From positions 1-64,000 of IMG/VR virus record IMGVR_UViG_3300049043_000070: a stretch of DNA of 64,000 bases; one strand, given 5' to 3'. The notes below the pieces were generated by a model. That model saw only the letters and a list, made by a program, of their open reading frames with translations, had not been told where the DNA came from and ran no database searches. This DNA is from a virus. The position numbers were made by a program, and so were the translations under genes. Shown here one piece after another: positions 23,723-35,781 of the stretch; positions within the stretch are counted from its first letter, which is position 1; every line of letters begins with the position of its first letter.

Positions 23723-26700
23723 ATGACTGTCTCATATAGAAATAAACTATCCAATTATATGAGTGATGCCAATGGGAAACATGCTCCCATAGGATCTATT
23801 GTCACGTCTCTTGTTGACGTTAACTCTGATAATGGTGTAAGATCCCCAGAATATTCATATAAAGGGTATCTTTATTGCGATGGCAGAACTTTAAACATTA
23901 GAGATTATCCACAACTCTATGCCGCAGTTAGAAACACCTACGGAGGTAACACTCAAGTAACAAAAACTCAGTCTTCAAATCCTGGTGGAATTAGAAGAAG
24001 TTATTGGATTAATAATAAACTATTTTTCAATTTGTATTATGATCCTTCTGTTAATTCTACAGTGAAACTTCCATATCCATATGGAACAAATTTTAGAATA
24101 ACAACTGCTGGAACTGGTCGTGGTTCTTTTCCAAATGGAATATTTGTTAATAATACATTTTATCAACTAAAAGAACCAACAGAAAATGTTTCTGCTTTTC
24201 TTCCGTTGATGGAACTGTTTTTGCGTATGAAGTTGTATTTCCATCTGCTGTAAATCCAGCAACTTTAAATCAAGCGGGATCAACATTAAATTTTACTCAG
24301 GGCGGTGTAATTCATCCGAATATAATTTTCGCAAAACAATTCACACCAAGAGATTATCCTTATAATGTTGGAACGTTTAATTTACCAGATTACCGTGATA
24401 GAGTAATTGTTGGATATGGTTCTGTTGATGGATTGGGATCTCCAACTGTAGAAAATGCTCTAGTTAATACTGTTGGACAAAAGGGAGGCAAATGGTTTAT
24501 CAGCAAAAATAATTTGCTTGATGGTGGAGTATTCTTTTCGGTTGGAAATGTAAAAACAAGAGGATATTCAAATATTACTTCTGACATAACAAGTTTCCGA
24601 TGTGGAAATGTTCAGTATACTTTTGGACCACTGGATGACTATGTATTTGCGAGACCAGTTGAACATTTTCATTATATTCTTTCTTCTGAACCCAACGAAT
24701 CATTTCTTGTTGAATTTTCTGGTGTTCCTGCTGATCGATATGCCGTTGCTTATACAAAAACAAGAGCAAATATAATACCATTTGAACCAGCAGTTACTGG
24801 TGGAATTCCTTATGGACATGCTCATGGACTTGTCGGTTCGTCTTTAAATGATCCGAGACTTGCTAGTATAGGTAACACTTCTGGAATTGGAGCACGAGAT
24901 GTAAATGGAAATTATCTAGTAACATCTAGTCCTGCCATTTCTGTAACTTCAATTACATATGATGCTCCCAATAATGCTTGCGTTGTAACGACAGCAACCA
25001 ATCATGGATTTTCTGCTGGAAACTTTGTAACCATAACTGGTGCTACACCATCACAATATAGTGGATCATTCCAAGTTTTGTCATCTGGATTGTTAGCACA
25101 ATCTTTTAGATTTACACCAGCATCAGTTCCGACATCTTCACCACTTGGCGGTGTAATTATAGTTAGATTGGCAGCAGGAACATTTGATGAAGTACAGGTT
25201 ACTCCAAATCCAATCGCTTATGTTGTTGATGCGGCAACTGTCATTGGTGGCAAAGAACAATCATTTGATATTCCTGGAACTGGTGTTGTCTTCAGTTCTA
25301 GAAACTTAACTTCTCCCGGAACTATTAATACTAATCCCGTTCCTCCTGCTACTGGCGAAGTAAAAAGAGTTGAGATTAATTTGATTGGTCCTGGGGGTGG
25401 TGGAGCTTGACAGTAACACTGATGGTGGTACTGGTGGTTTTGCTTTTGCTACCTTTAACATTGATGGTACTGAATACACAATTTATGCTTATGGCGGCGG
25501 CGGAGGAAGATCTGGAAATTCTGGTGGGTCTGGTGGCACTGGCGGAACATTTTTGGTTCCTGCCGCATTAATTGCTTTGGGTGACACTGTAGTTGAATAT
25601 GCCGGTTCAAATGGAGCAAACGGTCAGAATGGCGGCGGAGCAGGAAGCTTACTTCTACTGCCACTGGTGGCGGTCTTGCTGGTGTTTCTGGAACTGGGGG
25701 AACTGGTAGATCTTCTTCTTTTACAACATCATCAAATGATCCAACTCAAACATATACTTCAAGCGGAACTTGGAATTTACCGAGCTGGGGCGCCTGGAGC
25801 AATATCAACTACGGTTACTGTAAGAGCATGTGGTGCTGGGGGTGGAAATGGCAACCCGAACGCCAACTCAGGTTGCGAAGGAACAGGAGCAATTGGAGGA
25901 AATGCTAATGATGGCGCTTTAATTACAGCAACTCTTACTCAACTTCCAAGTAGTTTGAGTTTTACTATTGGGCAACCAGGAGCACAAGGATTTAATAATG
26001 TAGATGGAAACATAAATGGAGCTGGACCTGAATCTGGTCCTTCTGCCGGGGGGTCTGGAGCATCATTTGGTGGTGGAGGAGGAACTGGATATTGGGGAAA
26101 TGGTGCTACCGGTGGCGGTGGTGGTGGATCTACTGGTGTATTTTTTAATGGGGCAAATGCTATTATTGGTGCCGGAGGTGGCGGCGGCGGCGGAGGTAGC
26201 GGTGGCGGATATAACGGCGCCGGAACAACTGATGGTTGTTATGCTGGGGGCAACGCCGGACAAGCAACTACTAATCTTGTTGCTATGTCATCCGCAATGG
26301 ACTTTAATAATGGTGGATCCGGTACTAGTGGTGGATGCTCTGCTGGCGGCGGCGGAGGTGGTGGTGGTGGATGTGGACCTACATCTGTAGCAAACGGTGG
26401 AATTGCTGGACAGGCTGGTGTTGGACATAATGGAAATGGCGGAGGCACTGGTGGAACAAGAGGAAATTCTGCTTATAGATCTGACTTTTGTAATGCCTCG
26501 TGGTCTCCTGGTGGCAGAGGTGGTGGTCTGGTGGATATGTTCAAATTGATGTTGCCAGAACATTTTTGAGTTATGGGCCAACTGGCGGTGGAGGTGGTCA
26601 GGGCGGATCTCTCAATTTTACAATTAAAGGAAGAAATATATCTGTTACTGCTGGTCTCCAAAATTCTGGTAATGGTGGTGGAACTGGGACCGCAGGTAAT

Positions 26701-27565
26701 AATGGATTTGTTGAAGTTAGATATATTGGACTAGAAGGTGGTGGAACTGAAACTGGTGAACCAACTGTTCCTTTTGCTAAATTTTATGATTGTAATTCTG
26801 CTGGCGTTCCACAAGGAGGACCCAGAAATGATCAAGCATGGCAATCATCATCGTTTGATGGAATGATACCTGTTAGTCCGGGTCTTGGAACCAACGCAAC
26901 AAATAAATTTTCAATGATAACTAGTGCTGGTTTACCAACTTATGGTGGATTGGCAAATAGATATTTGCCTTTTATTGGAGGACCGGGAAATCGAGAATAT
27001 ATCATTGGTCCACTTGATCTTACTGGTGTAAATAGAATTCGTTTTACTGCGATTAAGGGAACTAATTTCAACGGCGGCGCAACTCCAGAAGAAGATTTAA
27101 TTTTATATTGGAGAAATGCTGGCAGCAATACAGTTAATTTATTAAACACCGTGGTATCTTCTACTGTTACAAGTGGTTCTTGGCAAGAATATTCAATTAA
27201 TCTTGAACAAGGATCTGCTGCTCGTGGAGCATCAGTTGAATTAATTTTACGGCAAACCAGACCACAAAATCAGGATGATAACTCTGTTGTTACGGAAGAT
27301 AATTATGGCGTGTCTATGATTACATTTTTCTATGATACCAGAACAGAGTTGGTATTTACTCCGGGAAATGGATCTACTCTCGCTAATATTGCTTCCGTGA
27401 CCAGAAACATTTCTGCCATTCAATCTGGTATAGTAACTACAGATGGAACATTTGAAATGAGCTGCGTCTACGCCAGTTTCTACAACTGCTTTGGTTGTCC
27501 CAGAAAATGACATTCCATTGATTACTAGATATCATAGAGTAAAATATTTAATTAAAGCGATTTGA
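23723..27565 (+). CDS. Tail collar domain fibre protein 3 with glycine-rich segment, frameshifted
   Basis: IGSIVT...KGYLYCDGRTLNIRDYPQLYAAVRNTYG, FNLPDYR, poly-Gly tracts at ~25400-26750. Ends YHRVKYLIKAI. Confidence 0.78.
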
Positions 27566-27568
27566 ATT

Positions 27569-28181
27569 ATGTCAAATAATGAATATATTTTTCCGATCGA
27601 ACATATGGTTGGAGAATTTGACGACTTTATTGCGTTGTGGAAAAAATTTGTTCCTAAACAAATTTGTGAGGAAATTCTAGAAGAAAATTGATGAAGTCCT
27701 ACAAAATTCTGCTCAAAATTGTAATGTTGGCAAAGAACAATTTCCGTCAAGGAAAATGGGAAGGGATGATTTACAAATCATCTTAAATGACTATGATGTA
27801 AATCTTGCTAACACAATCAATGATTATCTTAAGTGCTGCTTGACCCATTATTGTCAAGAATATAGTCAGCTGATCGGTGTTAAATTAATGTCATATGCCA
27901 TCAAAGCTCAAAAAACACCCCCTGGAGGTGGATATCATGAATGGCATTATGAAAATGCTTCATATCAGACAAGTAATCGTGAATTGGTGTGGACAATTTA
28001 TTTGAATGATATGCCAGATGGAGAAGCAGAAACAGAATTTTTGTATCAAAGACGAAGGATTAAACCACAGCAGGGAATGGTTTGTGTATTTCCTGCCGGA
28101 TTAACTCATGTTCATAAAGGTAATACCGTTTTTACAACAGATAAATACATTCTGACTGGATGGGCGCACAAAGTTCAATGA
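27569..28181 (+). CDS. 2OG-Fe(II) oxygenase (prolyl 4-hydroxylase-like), frameshift near 27690
   Basis: YHEWHYEN...RELVWTIYLND...GEAETEFLYQ...PQQGMVCVFPAGLTHVHKG...KYILTGW, the cyanophage 2OG oxygenase pattern. Confidence 0.88.
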
Positions 28182-28968
28182 CAGAATATGCTTCTACTGC
28201 TTCTGTGGCATTATATGTAAATGCCGTAAACAGAACAATTCAACAAAATGGAGTAACCAAAGTTATTCAAGATGATTATTGGAATGAGAACATTATTCCC
28301 ATCTTGTATCCTATTTGGGATTCTGATAAAGACAAATTAGAGACTTTTGTATATTACAAAGATGATACTGCTTTTATGGCAAAAAACAAGTATCAGAGAA
28401 ATCAAAAAACCGGTGAATACAAATGGGTCTCATATGAATTTGATCTGACATCTTTTCCAAAATCTGAAATTACTGAATTATACGAAAAACTTCAAAAAAA
28501 TATATTGAATATAGAGACATTGAAGATTTTAATTTAGATAATGCCTTGAGAAAAATTTATCAAAGAGATAATATTATCAATTGGAATAAACTTGTAATGA
28601 TCCGAAAATTTCTTCTCATGGATAGTGATTGGACAGTTGGTAGAGACAGTCCACTTACAAAAGAACAGCAAGAATTGTGGATTTCTTATAGAGAAAAATT
28701 GAGAAATATCCCACAAGATCAAAAAGGAGTTCCATCTGCTGAAGTGGTGTTTCCAATTACACCAACAAAGTATGAAAAAATGGTTGAGGAAAATGAGACA
28801 TCAGAAGAATATCTTTCTGATTTGACAAATCATTTCTTCCATCTCAATCAAAGTGTATATACAAAATATTCTGATAGAATATTGTTATACCTGTCAATTG
28901 CTATTTCAACAGAAACAATTGACGAAAATTCCAGTTGTCAAGAGACAAGACAACACAATTACTCTTGA
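28178..28968 (+). CDS. Tail-fibre-associated/assembly chaperone-like protein, frameshift near 28500
   Basis: Contains LLMDSDWTVGRDSPLTKEQQELWISYREKLRNIPQ, resembling phage tail assembly chaperones. Confidence 0.55.
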
Positions 28969-29007
28969 TGACATTCTAGATAATATTGTGAGTGGAGGAT
29001 TAAATTA

Positions 29008-29412
29008 ATGCCATTAATATCATTACAACCAAAAAGCATTTACGAGATTTGTGCTCGTTTGGCAGCATTTGAAAATAAGTACATTTTAGTAATTGATAAT
29101 CATCATTTTCATGAATTGCCAGTTGAAAAACAAAAGGAAATTTATGAATATTATAAAGATCCAATTGATGAAGATTTCGCAAACTGGATTATTCCCGAAA
29201 CAGAAATAGATGCTATTTTTGAAGCAAAAGATATTTTTTATATTTTTGACACTGAACAACAAGCAGTAGATTGTTGTTTTGATTGGTTTCCAAGACCAGA
29301 AAATCTTCCAGATCCAGACTATAAAATTATCGCATACATCATTAAACCAGATGGAACCATTCCATATGTTAATGACAATGCTGCTCCCCCATTGACAGAA
29401 CCAGAGGAATGA
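29008..29412 (+). CDS. Hypothetical protein (134 aa)
   Basis: Intact acidic ORF with a GGA RBS. Confidence 0.7.
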   Translation: MPLISLQPKSIYEICARLAAFENKYILVIDNHHFHELPVEKQKEIYEYYKDPIDEDFANWIIPETEIDAIFEAKDIFYIFDTEQQAVDCCFDWFPRPENLPDPDYKIIAYIIKPDGTIPYVNDNAAPPLTEPEE

Positions 29413-29442
29413 TTTAGACTGCCGAAAGCAATCTAGAATTAA

Positions 29443-29692
29443 ATGAAAGTCCCTACACAATTTGAACTGACGCATCTACAAATGCAGGCGATGCTTCGTG
29501 ACAACAATATCCCAGAGACTGAGGCTGAAGTATATTGGCGAACGTGTCTATCCAGAAAACTTCCAAGCACATCCAGAGTATCATGGTATGATGATGCATT
29601 GGTATCTGATTGCTGGTGAGCATGAGGTGCCAGTCTGTGACATCGGATCTGTTGATTGCGTGGACGATGAGGAAACTGTCACAGGGGGTTGA
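29443..29692 (+). CDS. Hypothetical protein, frameshift near 29520
   Basis: MKVPTQFELTHLQMQAMLRDNNIPETE joins LKYIGERVYP...WYLIAGEHEVPVCDI. Confidence 0.6.
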
Positions 29693-29717
29693 CAGACCCA
29701 GAAATCTCTGTTATATT
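29660..29717 (+). promoter_or_regulatory. Palindrome-promoter cassette with canonical -35
   Basis: GTGGACGATG-N4-AACTGTCACA, TTGACA at 29689, TATATT at 29712. Confidence 0.7.
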
Positions 29718-29745
29718 GTAAAAGTACTGACTTACTCAGTTTATC

Positions 29746-30645
29746 ATGACAACTTATACAAACACAGATGTTTTAAACATCTTAGGATTTAATCCAAAAA
29801 GTGATATCACTAAATGTTTTATCATCCATCTCACACCAGCACAAGCACGACACATTCTTGATTATTATAATCGAGATAATCGTAAAATTTCTAGGTCACA
29901 GGTAAATAAAATTTATCGTAGTATTGAAAACGATAATTGGTTGTTTGATGGACAACCCATGACCTTTAATAAAGAAGGAAACCTGACAGAGTTTCAACAT
30001 CGTCTTTGTGCGATTGCGAAATGTCCCGAAGATCGTACTTTTGAAGTTGTTGTAGTTCTTGGTGTTGATACTGAATGTTTCACCAAAACTGCTACCAACA
30101 AAGCTCGTAAACCTATTGATGAGATCCAGCGTAAACACGATAAAGCACATAAAGATGAAGTTTCTATCCTTGGTGACATTCTAAAGCGTCAACGTCGCTG
30201 GCGTCTTTCTATGCAGAATGCCATTTCCAGTTATGAATACTGGTATGCGAATATTACTCGCTCGTTGAAACTTAGTGGTGATTATGAAAATGTGCTTGAC
30301 AAATTTTCTCTTCAACGTAAAACAGTTCGTGCATATATTTCTTTGTGTGATCGTTACGGTTTGACTGAAGAATGCCTTACATTTCTTGAACTGCTTGATG
30401 ATGAACTTGCAGAAGACAGCACAGAAACTTCTACTCTAACTTCTCAGTTTGTTGAGTTTTGGAATGATAATGCTGTGGATTTAAGTAATGAGAAGCGTAT
30501 GGACTTTTTGTTTGCTATGCTCTGTGTTGCTACTGATCGTATTATTATGCGTGAAGATGGTATGATTGAATTTGGTGTCAAACCCAGACAACTTGAACAC
30601 GAAGAGATGGAAAAGAAAGGAATTTATCGAAAGTTCCTTGCCTGA
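29746..30645 (+). CDS. ParB/Srx-like N-terminal domain protein
   Basis: YNRDNRKISRSQV...NWLFDGQPMTFNKEGNLTEFQHRLCAI resembles the ParB-like GQHRL motif region. Confidence 0.6.
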   Translation: MTTYTNTDVLNILGFNPKSDITKCFIIHLTPAQARHILDYYNRDNRKISRSQVNKIYRSIENDNWLFDGQPMTFNKEGNLTEFQHRLCAIAKCPEDRTFEVVVVLGVDTECFTKTATNKARKPIDEIQRKHDKAHKDEVSILGDILKRQRRWRLSMQNAISSYEYWYANITRSLKLSGDYENVLDKFSLQRKTVRAYISLCDRYGLTEECLTFLELLDDELAEDSTETSTLTSQFVEFWNDNAVDLSNEKRMDFLFAMLCVATDRIIMREDGMIEFGVKPRQLEHEEMEKKGIYRKFLA

Positions 30646-30701
30646 ACCAGTTTCTAAACTGTCACATGGGGTCTTCGGACCCCTTTCTCATGCCCTATAC
30701 T
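30643..30701 (+). promoter_or_regulatory. Palindrome-promoter cassette with embedded UUCG terminator hairpin
   Basis: TGAACCAGTT-N4-AACTGTCACA, hairpin GGGGTC-TTCG-GACCCC-TTT at 30668..30686, TATACT at 30696. Confidence 0.8.
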
Positions 30702-30723
30702 ATTCTCATCAACAGCGAACCGC

Positions 30724-31972
30724 ATGACCCTCACTCTTCGCCCCCACCAGCAGCGTATGCTCGATGCTATGCTGACTGCTGTCATGGGTCGCCTGACCTG
30801 CCCTACGGGCGGCGGCAAGTCCCTTGTGATGATCCTTGACTGTCTGCGTCGTCTTCAGGCAGCAGAGACGCCCCAGACCGTCGTAGTGTGCGCTCCTAGG
30901 ATCCTGCTGGCAGTCCAGTTGTATGAAGAGTTCTTTGCTGAACTCAACGGTAAGGTTGATGTTACTGTGCTTCATGTTCACAGCGGTGAGGTTGATTGCC
31001 ACCACACTACCAAAGTGCGTGAGATTGTCATTCATGATAGCATCTGTAAAGCCTGCCAATTCTCACCAACTGATCTTTACCACCTACAACTCTCTGCGTC
31101 GTATCAACGAAGCAGGTATTGATGTTGACCTGATCTATTACGATGAGGCACACAATTCTGTTCGTCGTGACTTCTACAAAGAAGTTGCTGCTGCTTCAGT
31201 CTGACTGCCAAGAACGCATACTATTTCACTGCCACTCCTAAGTATCGTGGTGGTCAGATCAGTATGAACAACACTACTGTGTACGGTAAGGAACTGATCA
31301 ACGTTCCTGCTCCTGAACTGGTTGCTAACGGTAGCATCATTCCTCCTACCATCAAGTCCCACGTCGTTGACATTGAGCGTAACAAGTCTCTGCTCGCCGC
31401 AGAGAATGACCGTGAGGTGTTGATTGATATTGTGTCCCAGCTTGATGAGGACAGCGCACAGAAGATCCTGGTTGCTGCTCCTAACACTCGTGTACTGTGG
31501 CGCCTGCTCTCTAACACTAATGTGATGGCAGAGTTTGGTGCTCGTGGTTACGATGTGCTGCACATCACCAGCAAGCATGGTGCTTACATCAACAAACAGA
31601 AGGTTGGTCGTCAAGAATTCTTTGACACTCTTGATGCCTGGGGTAAAGATCCCAGCCGTAAGTTCATCATGTTCCACTATAGCATCCTGTCTGAAGGCAT
31701 CAACGTTCCTGGTCTGACCCATTGTATCCTGCTGCGTAACCTGCCTGTCATTGAGATGGCGCAAACCATCGGTCGTGTCATCCGACTTGACAAACAGGAC
31801 GCTGCTGATATACAATCTGGCAAGATCCCTGCTGGTCAACTCAATCTGTATCGTAAATCTACTGGTTTTGTGACTGTTCCTGTGTTCAGCAACTACGGTC
31901 AGCAAACTGGAGAAGCGACTGCAGCGTGTGGTTGACAGCATCTTTGTCAAAGGTATTGCCCCTACTGAATGA
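30724..31972 (+). CDS. SF2 (DEAH/ResIII-like) helicase, frameshifted
   Basis: LRPHQ Q-motif, Walker A PTGGGKS, DEAH, motif III TATP, EGINVP, and motif VI QTIGRVIR. Confidence 0.88.
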
Positions 31973-32940
31973 TTGTGCTAAAATGAAACTCAACCCCAAC
32001 AATCCATACGAATTCACTATGACTACTGTAGAAGGACGCCCCAATATTGAACATGATTGGGAAGCAGAATATAGAAATCAGCGTAAAAATCGTCTGACTG
32101 ATGCTGTCCATGACTATCTGGATGATAACGACACATCTATCCTTGAATTCTACAACGATCTGCGAGATATTATCGTAGAGATGAACAACTATCATAAAAA
32201 GTTTGCTGATAAGGCCGAGGGTGCCCTGCTGCTCGTCCACGGCAAACCCAGCGTGGACAAATGTGATGATGACATCCCAGGCGATCCTTCCTACTGATAA
32301 ATATTCTGACGCACTCAAATTACCATGAATGAAGAAGAACTGAAACAAGTTATTGACAATCTGCTACAAATGCAGAGCAATAATGAGTATAATTTTCAAT
32401 TGCTACAAGCACGTATTGATATGCTACAGAAGCAATTAGATGATCTCAATGATGTTAGAGAAGTTTTTAGGCTTCCTAAACCAGAAAATCAAAATCGTGA
32501 AGCATTTGAACAAATCAATTGATGAAATTCAAGCAAGGTCAGTACATAATCTATCGTGGAACTACAGGATGGGTTGATTTTATTGATGATCAATACATCA
32601 CCATTTGTTTTCTTGACAAAGTAGATTTCACCAAGCATAATGGTAGGTATCAAGTATCGTTATTAGTTTTTCGTGAGAATTGGCATGAAGTATGCAGTTG
32701 TGTGGATGAAACAAAAGAAGAACAAGAAAGCAAAACAACAAGCTATTTTCTTCAATCTAGAGGATGCGATTATGTGGGAGCAGCATGTTAGCATGACTGA
32801 GCATGTGAAAACCGAGATCCATCCCGTATTTGAGAACAGTTGAATAAGTGTCACATCGCAAGTCCTATAAGGTCTCAGAAACCTTGACCCCACCTACGCT
32901 TTTCTCTACTATATACTAATAAGGCAATCCAAACAAACCA

Positions 32941-33640
32941 ATGACCAACTACGAAGTCCTTAAAAATCTCGCTACAGGTGTTTTAGATGATGTTAACCCA
33001 GGCAAGATCAGAATTTATCTAGATTCAAGCATATGGTTTAACGCAAGAAAATTACATGCCTTTAGTCAAGAAAAATCCTTTCTCTTCAATCATTTACGAA
33101 TCTCGACTTCGGAAATCAGACAGAAATTCTTGTTAATAAGATGGTTTCTCATCTGGGCATCAATCTCATCGAGGATGAAGTTATTGTTGTTGGCAAATAG
33201 AAGACAGGCAAGAAAGAAGGTCAAGAGTGGTAGAACTTAAGGTGATAAAAAAACGAATAAAGTTAAAGTTGGAAATAAAAATCTTGTCAAGTAGATCACT
33301 ATATTCGTATCAAGCGTAAAGATGGAGTTTGGAAGTTGTATTTGGAATCGAAATGGATCCTGTATTGCCACACGGAGGAAAAGGAGAATCTAATAGATAA
33401 AGTGTTAGCAGTTTGCGAAGACTCTTGGTGCTGATGAAGGAGTGTATTTTATTCCTGTATTGAAAACTATTCCTCCAGAACTTGCTGGCACAATGTCGCA
33501 GACATAAAAATTACTTGGAACTTCAAGATCTTCTCGATCTAGATTTCCAGATTGTCCGTTTACTGCTGATATGGTTTTTGAAGTGTATAAAGAGTTCGCT
33601 GAAGAATTTCTTGCTAAACTTGAAAAAGATGAAGTATGAA
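32941..33640 (+). pseudogene. Heavily frameshifted hypothetical gene
   Basis: ATG behind a TTGACC-17bp-TACTAT promoter (32884..32912). No long frame survives. Confidence 0.4.
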
Positions 33641-34525
33641 ACCTCTAAGTTAAGTATCAAGGTGGCAAATCTCGTGCAAGATTAAGATTATCTCAGCAGT
33701 TGATGCCCGAAAGAATACGATCGTATTGTGGAACCATTTTGTGGTGGCGCATGCCGCTTCTCTTTACTTCGAGAAACCAGCAGTGGTTTGTGAGTAGAAG
33801 ACTGGGAAGTCATTAACCTATACAAATCTGTTGCTGACAATCAAGGATTGCGTCGGAATTATGGTTTCCAAACTCATGAAATCAAACAGTATGATCATGA
33901 TAGGTTGGAGCAGAAAAGTATTATGCACCGTGCAGGGAGAATGATCAGACAAGGGGTTTGATCATGAGCGAGATGTTGAGTGGGCGAGAGCTCTTGCTTA
34001 TGTTGTTGTTCGTCAACTTTGTTTTAGTGGCATGGAGCGATATAATTCTAGTGGTGAATTTAATGTTCCATTTGGTCACTACAAAAATTTCTCCTGTGAC
34101 ATAGACTATGATAATTCTGGTCAGTATTGGAGTCTTTTACCAAATCCAAAATTATTCAGCGGTGATTTTGGAACTAGCACTCAATGAAGCAACTGAAAAT
34201 GACTTTGTACTCATTGATCCTCCTGATCTTGAACGTCTTGGGTATCATCAGTGGTGATGGAGGCGATGATGTCCACTCGTTGAGCCGTGAAAAGTTCTAA
34301 AGAATTCTTCATACAAATGGATGATTGTTCACTCTGACCATGAGTTCTATTCGTGAGCAATACAATGACTTCAACATATATGCGGAGGACTTTATACACT
34401 GTCAGCGATTTGGTTGGAGCAGGAAACCCATTCTAATGCCAAAGTTCAGCACCTCGTACATCACGAACTATCCAGTTGAGGAACTGGCACGCCCCACAGT
34501 GACGGACCACCTTGAGGATGTATGA
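33636..34525 (+). pseudogene. dam: Dam-type DNA adenine methyltransferase, many indels (decay or low-quality consensus)
   Basis: Pieces across frames: MKPL..KYQGGKSR, DRIVEPFCGG, RQLCFSGMERYNSSGEFNVPFGHYK, NDFVLIDPP. These are D12/Dam alpha-class motifs. Confidence 0.75.
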
Positions 34526-34526
34526 T
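34468..34526 (+). promoter_or_regulatory. Palindrome-promoter cassette
   Basis: CTATCCAGTT-N4-AACTGGCACG, 29 bp, TATGAT. Confidence 0.6.
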
Positions 34527-35249
34527 GACAAGGGGAATTGCGAGACACCCATGCAACTCGTCCAAGGCGCCATGCAGGTTGTCAACTACACTACCCCGCT
34601 GCTGGTATGACCGATAAGTTCGTTCAAGTTGCACCTCGTTTGATGGTGCTGATGATCGAGCGAGCGTCTGATCTCCAAGCGTGATACGGAGCGTCAGGCG
34701 GATCGAGCGTATCAATCAGTGTGGTCATCAAGTGGTGAAGCTCCACGCCCAACCCCGTATCAAGATGATGGTGTGCTGCTGATGCTTACTGTTCTACTCT
34801 CCACCGTTCTGACGCACACAAGATCCATATGTTGCTCCTGAAAACATCCGCCGCCATTGTGCTATTGCTGTTGGCATTCCTTATGCTTTCAGACAACTTT
34901 ACCGACCAAGAGTGGTGGCAGTTCGTAGGACGCGTCCGTGGTCATTTGAAGATGCTCCAACGTGTTTGAATTTCCGCACAAACCTCCGCAAGGTTATTCA
35001 TATGAGATCAGTGAGCACAAACGTAATGTGATTGCTATTTGGATTTGTAATCACGGCAAATTTAGCTGACACTGATGATAGTCCTGTTAAATCTATATGG
35101 GGATTTTATGATACCAAAAAAAGGTGTTATCATGCGCCTATTAACTCCACCAAGCATGGAGATAAGGTAGAGTTTGAGAAAACCACTCCATACTCTGCGA
35201 TGCTAATCAAAAAACCACTTCGCCCTTCCGTTCTTTCTTTCGTTTGATC

Positions 35250-35781
35250 ATGAAATCTTTTTGGCAAGAAGTTCTTCTTCTCCCATATCAATCAAACTCT
35301 CAAGATAATCCTCTTCATGAACAACAGGTTCGTGAATTGCTTGATAAGTACGGATATACTTATGTGTATCAACCGAATGGATCTCAGGCATCACCTGATT
35401 TTCGTGTAACACTTCCCAGTGGTCAGTATTGTGGACATTGAATGTAAATCTTCCAGACAAACTTTTCCGACCTACAATGGAGGTCTTCCTAAAAAAGGTG
35501 TAGTCTATATTTTTAGTGCCAAGAAGTACAATGAAACTACAATCTTCTTTGCTGATGACATTGTAACGGACAGAAAACGTGATCTTTATTCTCAACTGGT
35601 CGAAGATCTCAACGCCGTGTTGAAGACATATCAACTGGATGAAAAATGGCAGAATGATCCTCGTGGATTTGACTTTTACATCCGTAACATGTATACTCAA
35701 ACTGGTAAAGGTAAAAGAGATTATTTCAAACACCCAGATCGCCAACACTGTGAACAAAATGTACTCAATTTTGACTGGTAA
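35250..35781 (+). CDS. PD-(D/E)XK nuclease, putative type II restriction endonuclease, frameshift near 35425
   Basis: NGSQASPDFRV...IVDIECKSS catalytic-like motif. Overlaps the start of a DNA methyltransferase. Confidence 0.6.

Noticed and set aside
25400-26750. GGC/GGT-rich tracts as a DNA repeat element or G-quadruplex system
   Set aside because: They are explained by poly-glycine coding in a tail fibre.
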